Positions 52,909 through 62,921 of a stretch of DNA of 64,000 nucleotides are shown here, piece by piece (the first letter of the stretch is position 1; the number at the start of each line of letters is the position of its first letter). The DNA lies in the IMG/VR virus record IMGVR_UViG_3300017766_001583, positions 2,452 through 66,451 of that record. One strand, 5' to 3'. This stretch comes from a virus. Its lineage: Duplodnaviria > Caudoviricetes. The notes beneath the pieces were generated by a model. It was not told the DNA's origin, did not search any database, and was given only the letters and a program-made list of their open reading frames with translations. The position numbers and the translations under genes are program-made.

Positions 52909-55440
52909 TTACTGTGCAGGTTTAGGAAGGAACCCGGCCGATGCTCCGGCGCCAAACTTTTCATCAAATCTCGCAGCAAATTGAGGATTTGCTTTTAGAT
53001 GGTCAATGTGCGCTTGCGTTGGCTTTGGATAGTTTCCGGGAGCCGGCATACTGCGCGCCGGAGCCGTTGGCTGGGCGGGGGCTGCCGCCGCGCTGGACTT
53101 AGGCGTCCTTCTTGTGGCTTCATCTTGAATCCACTTATCTCTAAACGCCTCCGCAGCCGCACGGCCATCGGCGGCACGCTTTACAGGGTCTTTCTCAGCG
53201 GGATCGCCTTGCGCAAGTTCACGATACCTGCGCAGATCCGGGTCAATATACTTCTTCTTAGACCACGTATCTGCGGCATCCTCGACAATTTTGCGCTGCT
53301 GCTCGGCGCGCTGAACTTCTTGACCTGCGGCGGCCGTTGCGGCCGTGCTTTGTTGCCCTGCTGCCGCAGTACCGGCCGCAGCTCTTGCGACATCTCTCGT
53401 CGCCTCCACTCTGCCAGAAGCGTATCCATACTCTTTGAAGAAGACTCGATACCCCTCGTCGCGAATGACCTCATCTGATCTTTGGTCGCCGGAAGATCTT
53501 TTCATCTGCACATAGTTATCCGCAAACTTTGCGCCAAGCTGGCTATCTTTTGCAATGTTCTGACGGGTTGCACGATCAAGAGCCTTCTCTTGCAGCTCGG
53601 CCGCAGTCTTGATGTCACCAAGCTTCTCGGCCCTGCGAGCTTCAGCGTAATCAGCCTGGGCTTTCAGGCCAAGAAGGCCGGACTCTTTCTGCTTCTTGAG
53701 GTCTTCCGCGTAACCAGCCAATGCAGGCGCCGCGCCTTCAGCAATGTTCTTCAGCGCAAACGGAGATGTGCCGCCAAGAATTCCCAGGCCGGCCTGCAAG
53801 AACCGCATACCTCTTTGCTGCTCTTTCTCCTCGGGCGTAATAGCCGCGGCACGCTGAGCCTCCAGCCATGCTTTTGATTCTGGCGTTGCATCACCAGTAA
53901 TACCATATGCCGCCTTGGCCGCTCTAATCTGTTCCATTTGATCAGAGAGAGTTGGCTCTCTCACCAAATCACCAGAACTGAACGCCACAATCCCGCCGGA
54001 GGCCATCTCTTCTGGCAGATTCGACTGAAGGCCAGGAAGACCTGATGCCATCGCCTCTTCACGAATCGTTTGCTTGGGCTGCTGTTGCTGCATTGCAGCA
54101 AATTGCTGAGCCATCTTCTGCTTTTGCAGCGCAGCAGGAATGCCAATGAGATCGCTGATTGTTTCGTTCTTGACGCCTTGCTGCACTTGGCCAAGCGTGA
54201 CTGACTCAGGCTCAAACAGTACTTTGCGGTTAAGCGATGGGATTCCGCCCGTGGCCATGCTTTGGACTTTGCCGCCGCCGGCCATACTCTTGATGACGCC
54301 GCCTTCGGCTCTTCCGCCCCCCATCATTTGGGATATGCCATACGCCCCCATGCCTAAGCCGGCAAGCTGAGACATCCCGGACGGAGCCGCCTGATATGAC
54401 GTTGCGGTTTGGCCTGGGACTGCGTACCCACGCAGCAGCGCGTTATAAGCATTGTATTGCTGAAGCGGATACTGCCGAGCATTAGCGAAGTTCTGAATTG
54501 CCTGATTGACAATATTCTGCTGCTGCTGCTGTTGCTGGCCGCCCGCCGTAGATTGCAACCCAATGATGTCTTTTTGAGCCGCTAGTTGTTGCGTGCCAAG
54601 ATTTCCAACGTTTGCACCTTGACGGCCAAGCAGATCGTATGCACCGAGTACGTTCTGCATCCCCTGTTGCGCACCTTGCATCCCCTGAAGACCAAGATTC
54701 GACCCAAACTGCTGAGCTTGCTGAGCGTTTTGGAATGCGTTCTGAAGGCCCGTCGCCTGAATGCCTTGCTTTGTCCGCATCAGATCCGCATTGGCTTGCG
54801 CTTGAGCAATTCCTTGCGCACCACCACCAAACGCTCCGCGCTGAGCAAAGCCAGCTTTTGCCGCTTGGTTGGCAATATCAGCCTGCCGTTGCGCCTGTTG
54901 CTGCTGGACGTTGACGACGTTTTGCATGTACGGGGACATGAACGCCCGCATCGACCCAGGGTCTGATGCCATCCCCATGTATTGGTTGCCGGCATTGGCC
55001 TGCTGAGATGCAATCCCGGCAGCTTGAGGAGCTACGCTTAACGCACCTTGCCCAGCCATCTGAGCCATTTGGGTGCCGGTGCCGAACTGTCCGGGCACTT
55101 GAAGGTTTGCTATGTTGCCAAACGCCTGCTCCTGCATAGGCGAAAATCCAGCAACATAATCGCTAGGATCTTGGCTATAAGGAACGAACGGCTTGACGCC
55201 AGTAATGTTTAGCTTGCCGTCTTGGCCGGGAGATGTATTGAACAGCTCCTGCATTGAGCCGCCGAGAGTTGTCTCGACTTGAGGGCGCAGCCAGTCAGGA
55301 ATGTTTGATTGAGTAACTGTCGAGCTAGTAGGACCGCCGCCACCGCCCGAGCCGTACACAATCCTCCCGCCGCTCTTATGAGTTGCAGATTCACCAATAG
55401 GCTCACCGAGAGCATAGAGTTGATGACGGGAGTAGTTCAT
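52909..55440 (-). CDS. Internal virion/ejection protein
   Basis: 843 aa; leader then GSGGGGG, Gln/Ala/Gly-rich helices, MA.GG motifs. Confidence 0.7.
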   Translation of the reverse strand: MNYSRHQLYALGEPIGESATHKSGGRIVYGSGGGGGPTSSTVTQSNIPDWLRPQVETTLGGSMQELFNTSPGQDGKLNITGVKPFVPYSQDPSDYVAGFSPMQEQAFGNIANLQVPGQFGTGTQMAQMAGQGALSVAPQAAGIASQQANAGNQYMGMASDPGSMRAFMSPYMQNVVNVQQQQAQRQADIANQAAKAGFAQRGAFGGGAQGIAQAQANADLMRTKQGIQATGLQNAFQNAQQAQQFGSNLGLQGMQGAQQGMQNVLGAYDLLGRQGANVGNLGTQQLAAQKDIIGLQSTAGGQQQQQQQNIVNQAIQNFANARQYPLQQYNAYNALLRGYAVPGQTATSYQAAPSGMSQLAGLGMGAYGISQMMGGGRAEGGVIKSMAGGGKVQSMATGGIPSLNRKVLFEPESVTLGQVQQGVKNETISDLIGIPAALQKQKMAQQFAAMQQQQPKQTIREEAMASGLPGLQSNLPEEMASGGIVAFSSGDLVREPTLSDQMEQIRAAKAAYGITGDATPESKAWLEAQRAAAITPEEKEQQRGMRFLQAGLGILGGTSPFALKNIAEGAAPALAGYAEDLKKQKESGLLGLKAQADYAEARRAEKLGDIKTAAELQEKALDRATRQNIAKDSQLGAKFADNYVQMKRSSGDQRSDEVIRDEGYRVFFKEYGYASGRVEATRDVARAAAGTAAAGQQSTAATAAAGQEVQRAEQQRKIVEDAADTWSKKKYIDPDLRRYRELAQGDPAEKDPVKRAADGRAAAEAFRDKWIQDEATRRTPKSSAAAAPAQPTAPARSMPAPGNYPKPTQAHIDHLKANPQFAARFDEKFGAGASAGFLPKPAQ

Positions 55441-55868
55441 ATAAGCACCTCAACCAAGGTAAGTCTTGGCTCAAAATCGTAACGCTTCCACAGCCGCATG
55501 ATTGAATCTCTACCGTATCCTTGGATCTTGGTAGCACCGCGCTGCTTTAGCAGAAGCTTGAATTGATTAAACGTGTCTGTATTGGAAATTAACTTTCCGC
55601 CAATCGCCGTTACAAACGCGACACGATGAATCGGGTAGTTAACAAACGATACCGCACAGGCACCGCATACAGACCCATCTTCTTCTATCGCCACCACCAA
55701 CAACCATGCCCCGTTCGTAAGGAACATTTGGAGGTGGTGGATGTTGTAGTTGTGATGCCAGTCAGGAAACTCTGGACTGCTATTTAATGCTTCTTCTAAG
55801 AATGGCTCAACAACTGGCCACACTTGTGACACATTAGATGTCTCGACATACTGGATGGCAATAGCCAT
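55437..55868 (-). CDS. GNAT-fold acyltransferase-like virion assembly protein (P22 gp14 / T7 gp13 position)
   Basis: VWPVVEPFLEEAL...LLVVA...VAFVTAIGG...ATKIQGYGR. Confidence 0.65.
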   Translation of the reverse strand: MAIAIQYVETSNVSQVWPVVEPFLEEALNSSPEFPDWHHNYNIHHLQMFLTNGAWLLVVAIEEDGSVCGACAVSFVNYPIHRVAFVTAIGGKLISNTDTFNQFKLLLKQRGATKIQGYGRDSIMRLWKRYDFEPRLTLVEVLI

Positions 55869-56341
55869 TAGCGGTTAAGCCCAGCAAGTCCGTAGTCATT
55901 GAAAGCGGGGCCGTTGTAAAGACTGGCAATCCCTTGCGAACCGCTTTGAGCAAATGGATCGACAAACTGCCCAAACGGCGATTGCATGTTAGTGCCGTAA
56001 TCACTTACTGCCGGAGTAGAGCTTCGGGCGTAGTCGGTGTAAGTCGGTCGGTAAATGTTCGTATTAACAGACGGCTGCTGTTGCGCTTGGTAGTCGGAGA
56101 GAATCGAGGGTTGAGATGCCCCCGGCAGTCCGGCAAGCCCTTGGCTATACGGGCTTTGGTAGTCGTTACCTCCGTAGCCGTTGTCTGAACTAATCCCGTG
56201 CATACCTAAAGCAGCATCAACTGATCCGATACTTCCGACATCCCCCATAGCTGGGCCACCGTCGCCACCGCCACCACCGCCACCACCAGCATAGTAAGTG
56301 CGGCGACCAGCTTTATACCCATTGAATTTGCTGTAAATCAT
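55868..56341 (-). CDS. Small ejection-type protein with leader and poly-Gly
   Basis: MIYSKFNGYKAGRRTYYAGGGGGGGG. Confidence 0.6.
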   Translation of the reverse strand: MIYSKFNGYKAGRRTYYAGGGGGGGGDGGPAMGDVGSIGSVDAALGMHGISSDNGYGGNDYQSPYSQGLAGLPGASQPSILSDYQAQQQPSVNTNIYRPTYTDYARSSTPAVSDYGTNMQSPFGQFVDPFAQSGSQGIASLYNGPAFNDYGLAGLNR

Positions 56342-56353
56342 AAGTTTGTCCGC

Positions 56354-57397
56354 TTATGCTGGCATCATTTTTTTCGGGGTGATTCTGCGGCCCTGCTTTT
56401 TGTTCCCAGTGCGGGCAGAACGAACTCGACTCATCATGGCATAGAGCTGCTTGGCCCCAGCGTCTGTCGAGCCATTGCCAAGGTGGGACACTACGTCAGC
56501 AGGGATGACGAACTCGCCATCAGCCAGTCGAGCGGGTTGCTTGTTGGCAATGCTTGCTGGGATGTGGTCGGACATCCCGTCGCCCGGACCCTTCAGAAGT
56601 CGACCACCATCTGAGTAGCCGCCAAGACTCGCAATACCGCCTTTAGCAAACTGCGGCCTGTAAACAGAGGGATCGTAAACAAACTTGGATAGCGGCCCAG
56701 TATACGGAGCCTGACCCGGAACCTTGCCTTTTTGGCCCATAAGCGCCATCAGCCCAAGCGCACCACCGCCACCATAGAGAAGCTTTTTCTCTGGCGACAG
56801 GTTCTTCCAGATATCCATCAACCCGCGAGGAGGCTGCCCCGCTGGGTTCAAAGCCCCAAAACTTGATCGAAATCCCGGCTGACTTTGCCCAAGAAATGAC
56901 AGTCCACTTGGCTGAGCTGCTACGGGAGCCGCTACCTGCGCCGCCATCGGATTCATGGCTTGTTGGGCAGCATCGGAAGCGCCCACCATTTGTTCCGCCG
57001 TCCCGGAGAACAATCCTTCAAGCCCCTGAGGAGCTGCTGACATCGGATTTAGAGTTGCTCCCGCTGCCTCGGCAAGCCCACTGGCCAACCCTTCCGTTGC
57101 TGCCGCACCCGCCCCCGCACCCGTCGCCGCTGTACCTGCTGCCACTCCCGGAGAAGTTAAGGCCGTAATCGGGGCCGCATTCGCAGCCGAGCCAAGAAAA
57201 CTTGGTAGGGCGCCGGTCATCGCAAAATTACCGACCCCGCCGGTTAGACCACCAAGCAATGCGCCTTGTAGAGGGTTGCCGCCTCGCAGCGCAGAGGTTC
57301 CGCCTCCAATCGCAGCCCCAAGGAGAATAGGCTCCATGCCCGTATGGTAAGTACGGCGTCCGGCAACGTAACCATTGAATTTATTGGAGATAAGCAT
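56354..57397 (-). CDS. Internal virion/ejection protein
   Basis: MLISNKFNGYVAGRRTYHTG leader, hydrophobic Gly-rich segment, GPGDGMSD.IPA...LADGEFVIPADVV domain. Confidence 0.7.
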   Translation of the reverse strand: MLISNKFNGYVAGRRTYHTGMEPILLGAAIGGGTSALRGGNPLQGALLGGLTGGVGNFAMTGALPSFLGSAANAAPITALTSPGVAAGTAATGAGAGAAATEGLASGLAEAAGATLNPMSAAPQGLEGLFSGTAEQMVGASDAAQQAMNPMAAQVAAPVAAQPSGLSFLGQSQPGFRSSFGALNPAGQPPRGLMDIWKNLSPEKKLLYGGGGALGLMALMGQKGKVPGQAPYTGPLSKFVYDPSVYRPQFAKGGIASLGGYSDGGRLLKGPGDGMSDHIPASIANKQPARLADGEFVIPADVVSHLGNGSTDAGAKQLYAMMSRVRSARTGNKKQGRRITPKKMMPA

Positions 57398-57421
57398 AAG
57401 AACCTCTTGCCCTAAATCGTA

Positions 57422-58069
57422 TCACCGCAACGGAGCGGACACAAAGGAAAGCGTAGTAATTACAGAAGGAACTGCGGGTCTTGTAGGAGAGGTGCCGGCA
57501 GCATACCCAGTAAGACTTAAAGAGATATCTGCTGTACGCCAAACTAATTCCAAGTAGTCGTCTTCTTTCATATCGGCAAAGATATTCAGCGCGGCCAAGA
57601 TATGAAACGGGTCGCCCGGATTCTTTCGTGCTGGCAAGCCAAATCGACTGTTGGAGTTGGGGATGTCCACGCCGTTCTGTCTTACCCAGATATCCATATC
57701 ATGCGGGGCGTTGCTACTGTTGTTTAGCTGCACGCTAAACTGAAGGTTGTAGATACCTTCTTGAGAAACAGTCATTCGTGAGCCGCCAATCAGCGATACC
57801 CCGTTGCTCAAGGATGTTGAATTGAGGGTAATCACATATGCTTGCGTCGTTAACGCAGCATTCTGTACTGTTGTGTCATAAAACGCGCCATGAGGAAAGC
57901 TCAGCCTATAGCCGCCTCTCGGCCCACTAAGCTGCTGGAGGTTGTTGCTAAGCTGGTTGAAGTACAGTCGCAGTACGTTTGAGTACTGATCGTGATACCC
58001 AGCGTCCCAGTCCTTTGGGGATATGGGGAGGCTTGGTCCGGGCGGAAACCGCAGATAGTTATTGCTCAT
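57422..58069 (-). CDS. Tail protein with C1q/BclA-like C-terminal domain
   Basis: LRLYFNQL coil then GAFYDTT...GIYNLQFSVQL...DIWVRQNG. Confidence 0.65.
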   Translation of the reverse strand: MSNNYLRFPPGPSLPISPKDWDAGYHDQYSNVLRLYFNQLSNNLQQLSGPRGGYRLSFPHGAFYDTTVQNAALTTQAYVITLNSTSLSNGVSLIGGSRMTVSQEGIYNLQFSVQLNNSSNAPHDMDIWVRQNGVDIPNSNSRFGLPARKNPGDPFHILAALNIFADMKEDDYLELVWRTADISLSLTGYAAGTSPTRPAVPSVITTLSFVSAPLR

Positions 58070-60168
58070 CGCCTGCCGTCTGTGCGAACGTCAATCCGTT
58101 GAGTGCCAGCCTGCCACGCGGTGTTTACTTGATTTGACTCAAGACGCATGGCCATCTGTCGGCCACGCAGTCTCATGTAAACCTGACCGGTAAACTTTTC
58201 CGTATCCAACGCAGTCTCTGGCGCTACCAACGTCACCGTTTCGGTCTTCGCGCTACCGATGCCGGAGCCAGAGTTGCGCAGTGCCGACAAAGATAGATCG
58301 ACTCTAGGAGCCAGTCCGCCCGGAGTGTTTTCAGAGTTGGCAAACGTGACATCAGGCACCACGCGCCATACAAACCCAAAGCTATTGCCGTCGCCAATAT
58401 CAAACTCAGAAGAAGAGATATAAGCGTGGATCGGTAAGTCTGTGCCATCTGTATTGTCATTCAACCCCGACTCTTGAGCGATCAGCCTGCCAGTCTGGGT
58501 AGTTGAATCATACGTTGCGCTAATTGGCAGCGCCCGTAATCCAGAGTCAATCCACGCGCTACGCTCTAAAGTGCCGTAATACCAGACGTTCTCGGCGTAG
58601 TTATAGATGACGTATCTGTCTATCTCATTCGAATTTTTAGACGGGTAAAGCCACCAGACTTCATTAAACCCTTCATTAGACCCAGAATAAATAAGGCCTA
58701 TTTGATCGTGGTTCAGGTTGCTAAACACAAACCTTCTGAGATCGCAGTTCAGAGTTTGAACTCGACCGTTGTAGGCATAGAACTTGTCTACGCCCATCCA
58801 ATACACAACGCCTGACGCCAAGGTAACGCAGTTTCTGCCGACTATCGAAATGTTGTCAGCCAGAAGCTGAGATCCCCATACGACTGGCGGCCCAAAGTAT
58901 TGTAATGAATACAGGCTGGATTCGGTGAACAGCAGAATCTCTTGACGAGCAATCATCCAAGAAACGATGGACGATCCATGAGATAACCTCAAGCTTCCCG
59001 CTTGGTTAGTCGCATCCGGAGTCCATTGGTATTGGTTGTCTTGATCGCTCCATCGAACAAGCAAAGGATCAAGTGTCGCAGAGCCGTAGTCGTTGCAACC
59101 TAGTGCCAAAACAAACCTGTTGACATCCGACACGATAATGCCGTTTTGCGTTGTCGGTATATCAACAAGCAGTGAAACAGAAAACGTTCCACTTCCTGCG
59201 CCTGTGACGTTGACAAGGCTCCCGGCTACGTTAAGCAGATTTGCGGTCAGGCCGTTTACATTAAACAGGTAGTAAGTGGTCAGCGCAGAAATGCCGGTCG
59301 GCAATGTGCCGCCAGACGATACGGCAAACTGAATGGCCGTGCCTTCTGTAAGTACAGTGGATAGCGTAACAACCGTAGGTGATGTAGTGGTAAACGTTAC
59401 CGTCCCGCCGAGAGAGTTAAGCAAAACTCCCCGAGTTGATGTTCCGGCAGTAGCGTCCCAATAGTAAATGCCGCCTTTGGCTGGGCCGTAAATCAGGTCT
59501 TCGCCATAGTTTTGCTGCGACCACAGACGAAGGTCGGTAGTGGTCGAGCTGGGCGTGCCTGTGCCCCAAGGGCCAGAACCCCAAGCTCCAGACCCCCATC
59601 CTGCCAAAGGAACAACCGTTGCCGGCCCAACCGACAATTGATATGCAGCCACTACGGCTGATCCACCGTACGATCCCGCTACTAAAGCAGTAGGTGTCGT
59701 GATTGTGTATGTATTGACGGTGAGTACAGTGACCTGAAACTCAGCGTTCAGGGTGCTTGCATACGTTCCGGTGGCGCCGCTGAAGGTAAAAAAGTCCCCG
59801 GTGATACACCCGTGCGAAGTATCCGTTACCGTAACAGTCGTCGTTCCAGTAGCAGCAAAGGGATCGGTGCCTAGAGTAACGGTGCGACGAAGAGGCGTGA
59901 TGTCGAACATCGAGCCGCCGTCTTCGATATAGAACTTCAGATGGGTGCCGATGCCCATCAAGTTTTTGCCAGTTAGCGTTACCCAGTTCCAGAGCGAACG
60001 ACAAACGCCTTTGAAGACATTGAGCGAATACGGCGCCCAACCGCCAATTGTTTCTGGCGTGCTTTGCCGGAACCTAACTTTGTCGCACTCCCACCAACCG
60101 CCTTCGTTAGTGTATCGAGTGTTCTCTTTGTTAACCCCCGGCTTGAGAGCTATCTTCTGTAACGGCAT
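58066..60168 (-). CDS. Tail nozzle / head-stabilisation protein (P22 gp10-like beta-propeller)
   Basis: 700 aa; PLLVRWSDQDN, VVYWMG..KFYAYNG, NEVWWLYPS, RIDVRTDGRR. Confidence 0.75.
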   Translation of the reverse strand: MPLQKIALKPGVNKENTRYTNEGGWWECDKVRFRQSTPETIGGWAPYSLNVFKGVCRSLWNWVTLTGKNLMGIGTHLKFYIEDGGSMFDITPLRRTVTLGTDPFAATGTTTVTVTDTSHGCITGDFFTFSGATGTYASTLNAEFQVTVLTVNTYTITTPTALVAGSYGGSAVVAAYQLSVGPATVVPLAGWGSGAWGSGPWGTGTPSSTTTDLRLWSQQNYGEDLIYGPAKGGIYYWDATAGTSTRGVLLNSLGGTVTFTTTSPTVVTLSTVLTEGTAIQFAVSSGGTLPTGISALTTYYLFNVNGLTANLLNVAGSLVNVTGAGSGTFSVSLLVDIPTTQNGIIVSDVNRFVLALGCNDYGSATLDPLLVRWSDQDNQYQWTPDATNQAGSLRLSHGSSIVSWMIARQEILLFTESSLYSLQYFGPPVVWGSQLLADNISIVGRNCVTLASGVVYWMGVDKFYAYNGRVQTLNCDLRRFVFSNLNHDQIGLIYSGSNEGFNEVWWLYPSKNSNEIDRYVIYNYAENVWYYGTLERSAWIDSGLRALPISATYDSTTQTGRLIAQESGLNDNTDGTDLPIHAYISSSEFDIGDGNSFGFVWRVVPDVTFANSENTPGGLAPRVDLSLSALRNSGSGIGSAKTETVTLVAPETALDTEKFTGQVYMRLRGRQMAMRLESNQVNTAWQAGTQRIDVRTDGRR

Positions 60169-60174
60169 GGCATG

Positions 60175-60348
60175 TCAATCTTTCTTGTCAGCGAAGAACA
60201 CACCGATAACGCCAGAAAGGGCCAGACCCGCAGTAATGATCGCCTCGGCCTGGGCGGCGCCAAGCGAAAGACCCAGCGCGGTCAACAGATACACAAAGCC
60301 GCGCCACGTAGAGGCTTCGGCAAGACGGTTAAGGATGTAGGACTTCAT
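60175..60348 (-). CDS. Holin (57 aa, absent from the ORF track)
   Basis: MKSYILNRLAEASTWRGFVYLLTALGLSLGAAQAEAIITAGLALSGVIGVFFADKKD; two hydrophobic segments, coupled to endolysin. Confidence 0.75.
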   Translation of the reverse strand: MKSYILNRLAEASTWRGFVYLLTALGLSLGAAQAEAIITAGLALSGVIGVFFADKKD

Positions 60349-60818
60349 GGTTTTTCCTTTGTTAAGGGTTCTTTGAACAGATCACGTTCGGCTTTGCGCC
60401 GGTTCACTAGGCCGGGAAGGATCCTTCCACCGGCATAAACCCATTTATCAAACTCGGCAGCGGCGGCTTCGTACTCACGCGCATTGAGCTTACGGAGCAA
60501 TGAGCTTCTGGCCAGGGCCGATGCACCCAGATTATAGGTAAAAGATACCAGCGCGTCGAACCTATTCTGGTTAAGCGGGACGCTCACAAGCTGGTTAACT
60601 GAGGTAGCGAACTTCTTAACGTCTTGCTTGAGGTAGTCAAGCGCCTGCACTTGGGTGATTACATCGCCCTTCTTAACCTTGCGCCCGTCGGGGTATACGG
60701 TCGTCCCGTAGCCGATTGTCCAAGGCTCATTACCCGTGCCCGGATCGGGGTAAGCGTTAAGCCGCAGACCCTCGAAGTCTGCGATGAGCTTCAGACCTCG
60801 GGGGGAGATTTGCATCAT
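60345..60818 (-). CDS. Endolysin, GH24 lysozyme
   Basis: IADFEG..L.AYPD...WTIGYGTT...FDALVSFTYNLG...GLVNRRKAE. Confidence 0.95.
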   Translation of the reverse strand: MMQISPRGLKLIADFEGLRLNAYPDPGTGNEPWTIGYGTTVYPDGRKVKKGDVITQVQALDYLKQDVKKFATSVNQLVSVPLNQNRFDALVSFTYNLGASALARSSLLRKLNAREYEAAAAEFDKWVYAGGRILPGLVNRRKAERDLFKEPLTKEKP

Positions 60819-61078
60819 GGCTTATAGATATTGAACAGATTAACCATATTATCGACAAGCTCTTGCTGGTTTGCGTCGTCAGCAGTGATTCTGTCAGATA
60901 TGTAATAGCCTATACGCTGGGCAACCTGCGGAACTCTAGAGGGCGGTATAAACAAAACGCATGCGTAAAACTTACCGGCTTCCCCAAGGGGGGTGTAAGG
61001 CGGGTCTAGAGGTGTAGTTTCCACGTAATCAACATCAGGAAGCGCAGCGAAAGCGGCTATTAAACTTGCCTCGCTCAT
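60815..61078 (-). CDS. Hypothetical protein downstream of the radical SAM gene
   Basis: 87 aa; starts 1 nt after the rSAM stop. Confidence 0.6.
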   Translation of the reverse strand: MSEASLIAAFAALPDVDYVETTPLDPPYTPLGEAGKFYACVLFIPPSRVPQVAQRIGYYISDRITADDANQQELVDNMVNLFNIYKP

Positions 61079-61079
61079 A

Positions 61080-62525
61080 TCAAACCTCCACTACAGCAGA
61101 CTTAGAATAAACTTCTACGCCTTCTACATCTTTCTTTACGGAAACAACCTTTACCGGGAACGCTTTAAGCTTCGGCTTTTCTTCGTGCTTGAAAACATCC
61201 CCCCAAATATCCATGCGCTCAGCGGGAAGATTCTCGGACTCTATCAGCGTCGGAATAAACCCGTTAGTCATCTTAGCGATAGCTAAAGCGAAGAACACAA
61301 CCGCATCGGAATAAGCACTGTCACAGGATGCCGTCCAATTATTGCCCTCGATAAACATACAAGAGCCTTTACAAATATGTAGAACGGGGCATTCGGCGCA
61401 AGCGGGCCTATTACTCCAGTGTGTAGCCGTCTTTATACGGACCGCTTCGATATCTTCAATATTGCCTGCGTGGTGGCTCTCACCATTGTGCGAAACCTGT
61501 ACGTGACTCACGTTTTGGCAGGTTATTACGTTGCCTTTTAGGTCAATCGCAATCGTATTTTCTCGGTCCATTCCACACTTCTGCCCAGTCTTTATAGCAG
61601 GGCTATGAGAAAGAACGTCTTTAATAAACCCGTCTATTTTTAAAGGGGCTAAGTAAAACCCTATTTTAGCTTCGGTCGAGAATATGTCATTGAAAGCCGT
61701 CTTACGGAATTCAAAATGCTTTTTCTTCGTGTCTAGCAGGTTGTTCATGCCACCATCATCATAGGCATCGACTACGCTCCCTTCTCCGAGAATCACATCC
61801 GGATCGCCCGTAAGCTCAACAAACCATTCGTAGATTTCTTTACGGCTGTAGTTACTTGCCGTAAGCATGGAATTAAAGCTGATGCGTTTGTCTTTACGCA
61901 TCGCTCTGTAGAAATCTAGAATGATTTTTTTCTGTTCGGGATCGTCAAAAGGATCGGGCCCGCGAATAGCTTGGCCGGGGCCATCATGGCTTATTCCAAC
62001 ACTAAAATTATTTACTAACAGCCAATAACATATCTCGGGAGTAAGGATAGACCCGTTGGTGATGATCGAGAATTTAGGTTTCTTTTTCCATGAATCAAAC
62101 TTCTCATGCAGACGCTCGGCTAACGGGCGTAGTGTCTTCCAATAAACAAGCGGCTCACCACCCCAAAACTCGATCCCTAGCCCGCGTTCTTCATTAAATT
62201 CAAGGTTATCAAGCTTCGCCAAGAAGGCATCAATGTCTTTCTTGCTTGTCTCGGGCGCACGTTCTACAAAACGCTGACTGCAATAATCACAAGAATAATT
62301 ACAAGAAAGACCTAATTGAACCTTGAGGATCTGTACATGCTTACTCTTCCTAAGAGGCATGTCTTTGGAAAAGGGTAAAGATAACGTATTGTTTTGATCG
62401 GCTGTAGACGGATTATGAAAAACAAAACCGCTTTCTGTATGGAGAATATTGGTTTCGTTATTATAGAAGAGCTTAAGAGAATCCCCTGTAGAAGGATGCT
62501 TAGCCGTTACAACAAATTTGGTCAT
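61080..62525 (-). CDS. Radical SAM/SPASM-domain maturase
   Basis: CNYSCDYC (CxxxCxxC), FWGGEP, ITNG, SPASM C...GNVITC...CAECPVLHICKGSC...C. Confidence 0.95.
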   Translation of the reverse strand: MTKFVVTAKHPSTGDSLKLFYNNETNILHTESGFVFHNPSTADQNNTLSLPFSKDMPLRKSKHVQILKVQLGLSCNYSCDYCSQRFVERAPETSKKDIDAFLAKLDNLEFNEERGLGIEFWGGEPLVYWKTLRPLAERLHEKFDSWKKKPKFSIITNGSILTPEICYWLLVNNFSVGISHDGPGQAIRGPDPFDDPEQKKIILDFYRAMRKDKRISFNSMLTASNYSRKEIYEWFVELTGDPDVILGEGSVVDAYDDGGMNNLLDTKKKHFEFRKTAFNDIFSTEAKIGFYLAPLKIDGFIKDVLSHSPAIKTGQKCGMDRENTIAIDLKGNVITCQNVSHVQVSHNGESHHAGNIEDIEAVRIKTATHWSNRPACAECPVLHICKGSCMFIEGNNWTASCDSAYSDAVVFFALAIAKMTNGFIPTLIESENLPAERMDIWGDVFKHEEKPKLKAFPVKVVSVKKDVEGVEVYSKSAVVEV

Positions 62526-62531
62526 CTAATT

Positions 62532-62921
62532 TTAGCCGCAGTCGGGAGGGGCGCAATCGCAAGCGCAATCGTATGTAGCTGTCGTAGTGAAGTTGCAGTT
62601 ATAGGTACAGGCGCAATTGCAGTTAGCTTGTAGCCAATTACGTGTATCGCAGTTCGCGCAATTGACGTTACCACTAATAAAGCAGTTTACGCACTGATAG
62701 ATTCCACAATTACAATTATTGGTGCAGTTGCCGTTATTACAGTTACCGTCCGTGTTTTTCGGGTACCAAGTCATTCCTGCGTAGCTTCTAAGCGCATTAG
62801 GCGAAGGCCGTTGATCGGATCTAGTGTTAGCGTAGACCCACGAAAGCTCAATTGGAAGAGGGTCCCCTGTTTCGTTCTTTATATCGATAAGCGTAATTGG
62901 CGGCGATGCTGGCAGTGTCAT
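62532..62921 (-). CDS. Tail-tip protein with Cys/Asn-rich C-terminal half (putative rSAM substrate)
   Basis: MTLPASPPITLIDIKNE fibre-tip-type N-terminus; 16 Cys in residues 61-128. Confidence 0.75.
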   Translation of the reverse strand: MTLPASPPITLIDIKNETGDPLPIELSWVYANTRSDQRPSPNALRSYAGMTWYPKNTDGNCNNGNCTNNCNCGIYQCVNCFISGNVNCANCDTRNWLQANCNCACTYNCNFTTTATYDCACDCAPPDCG

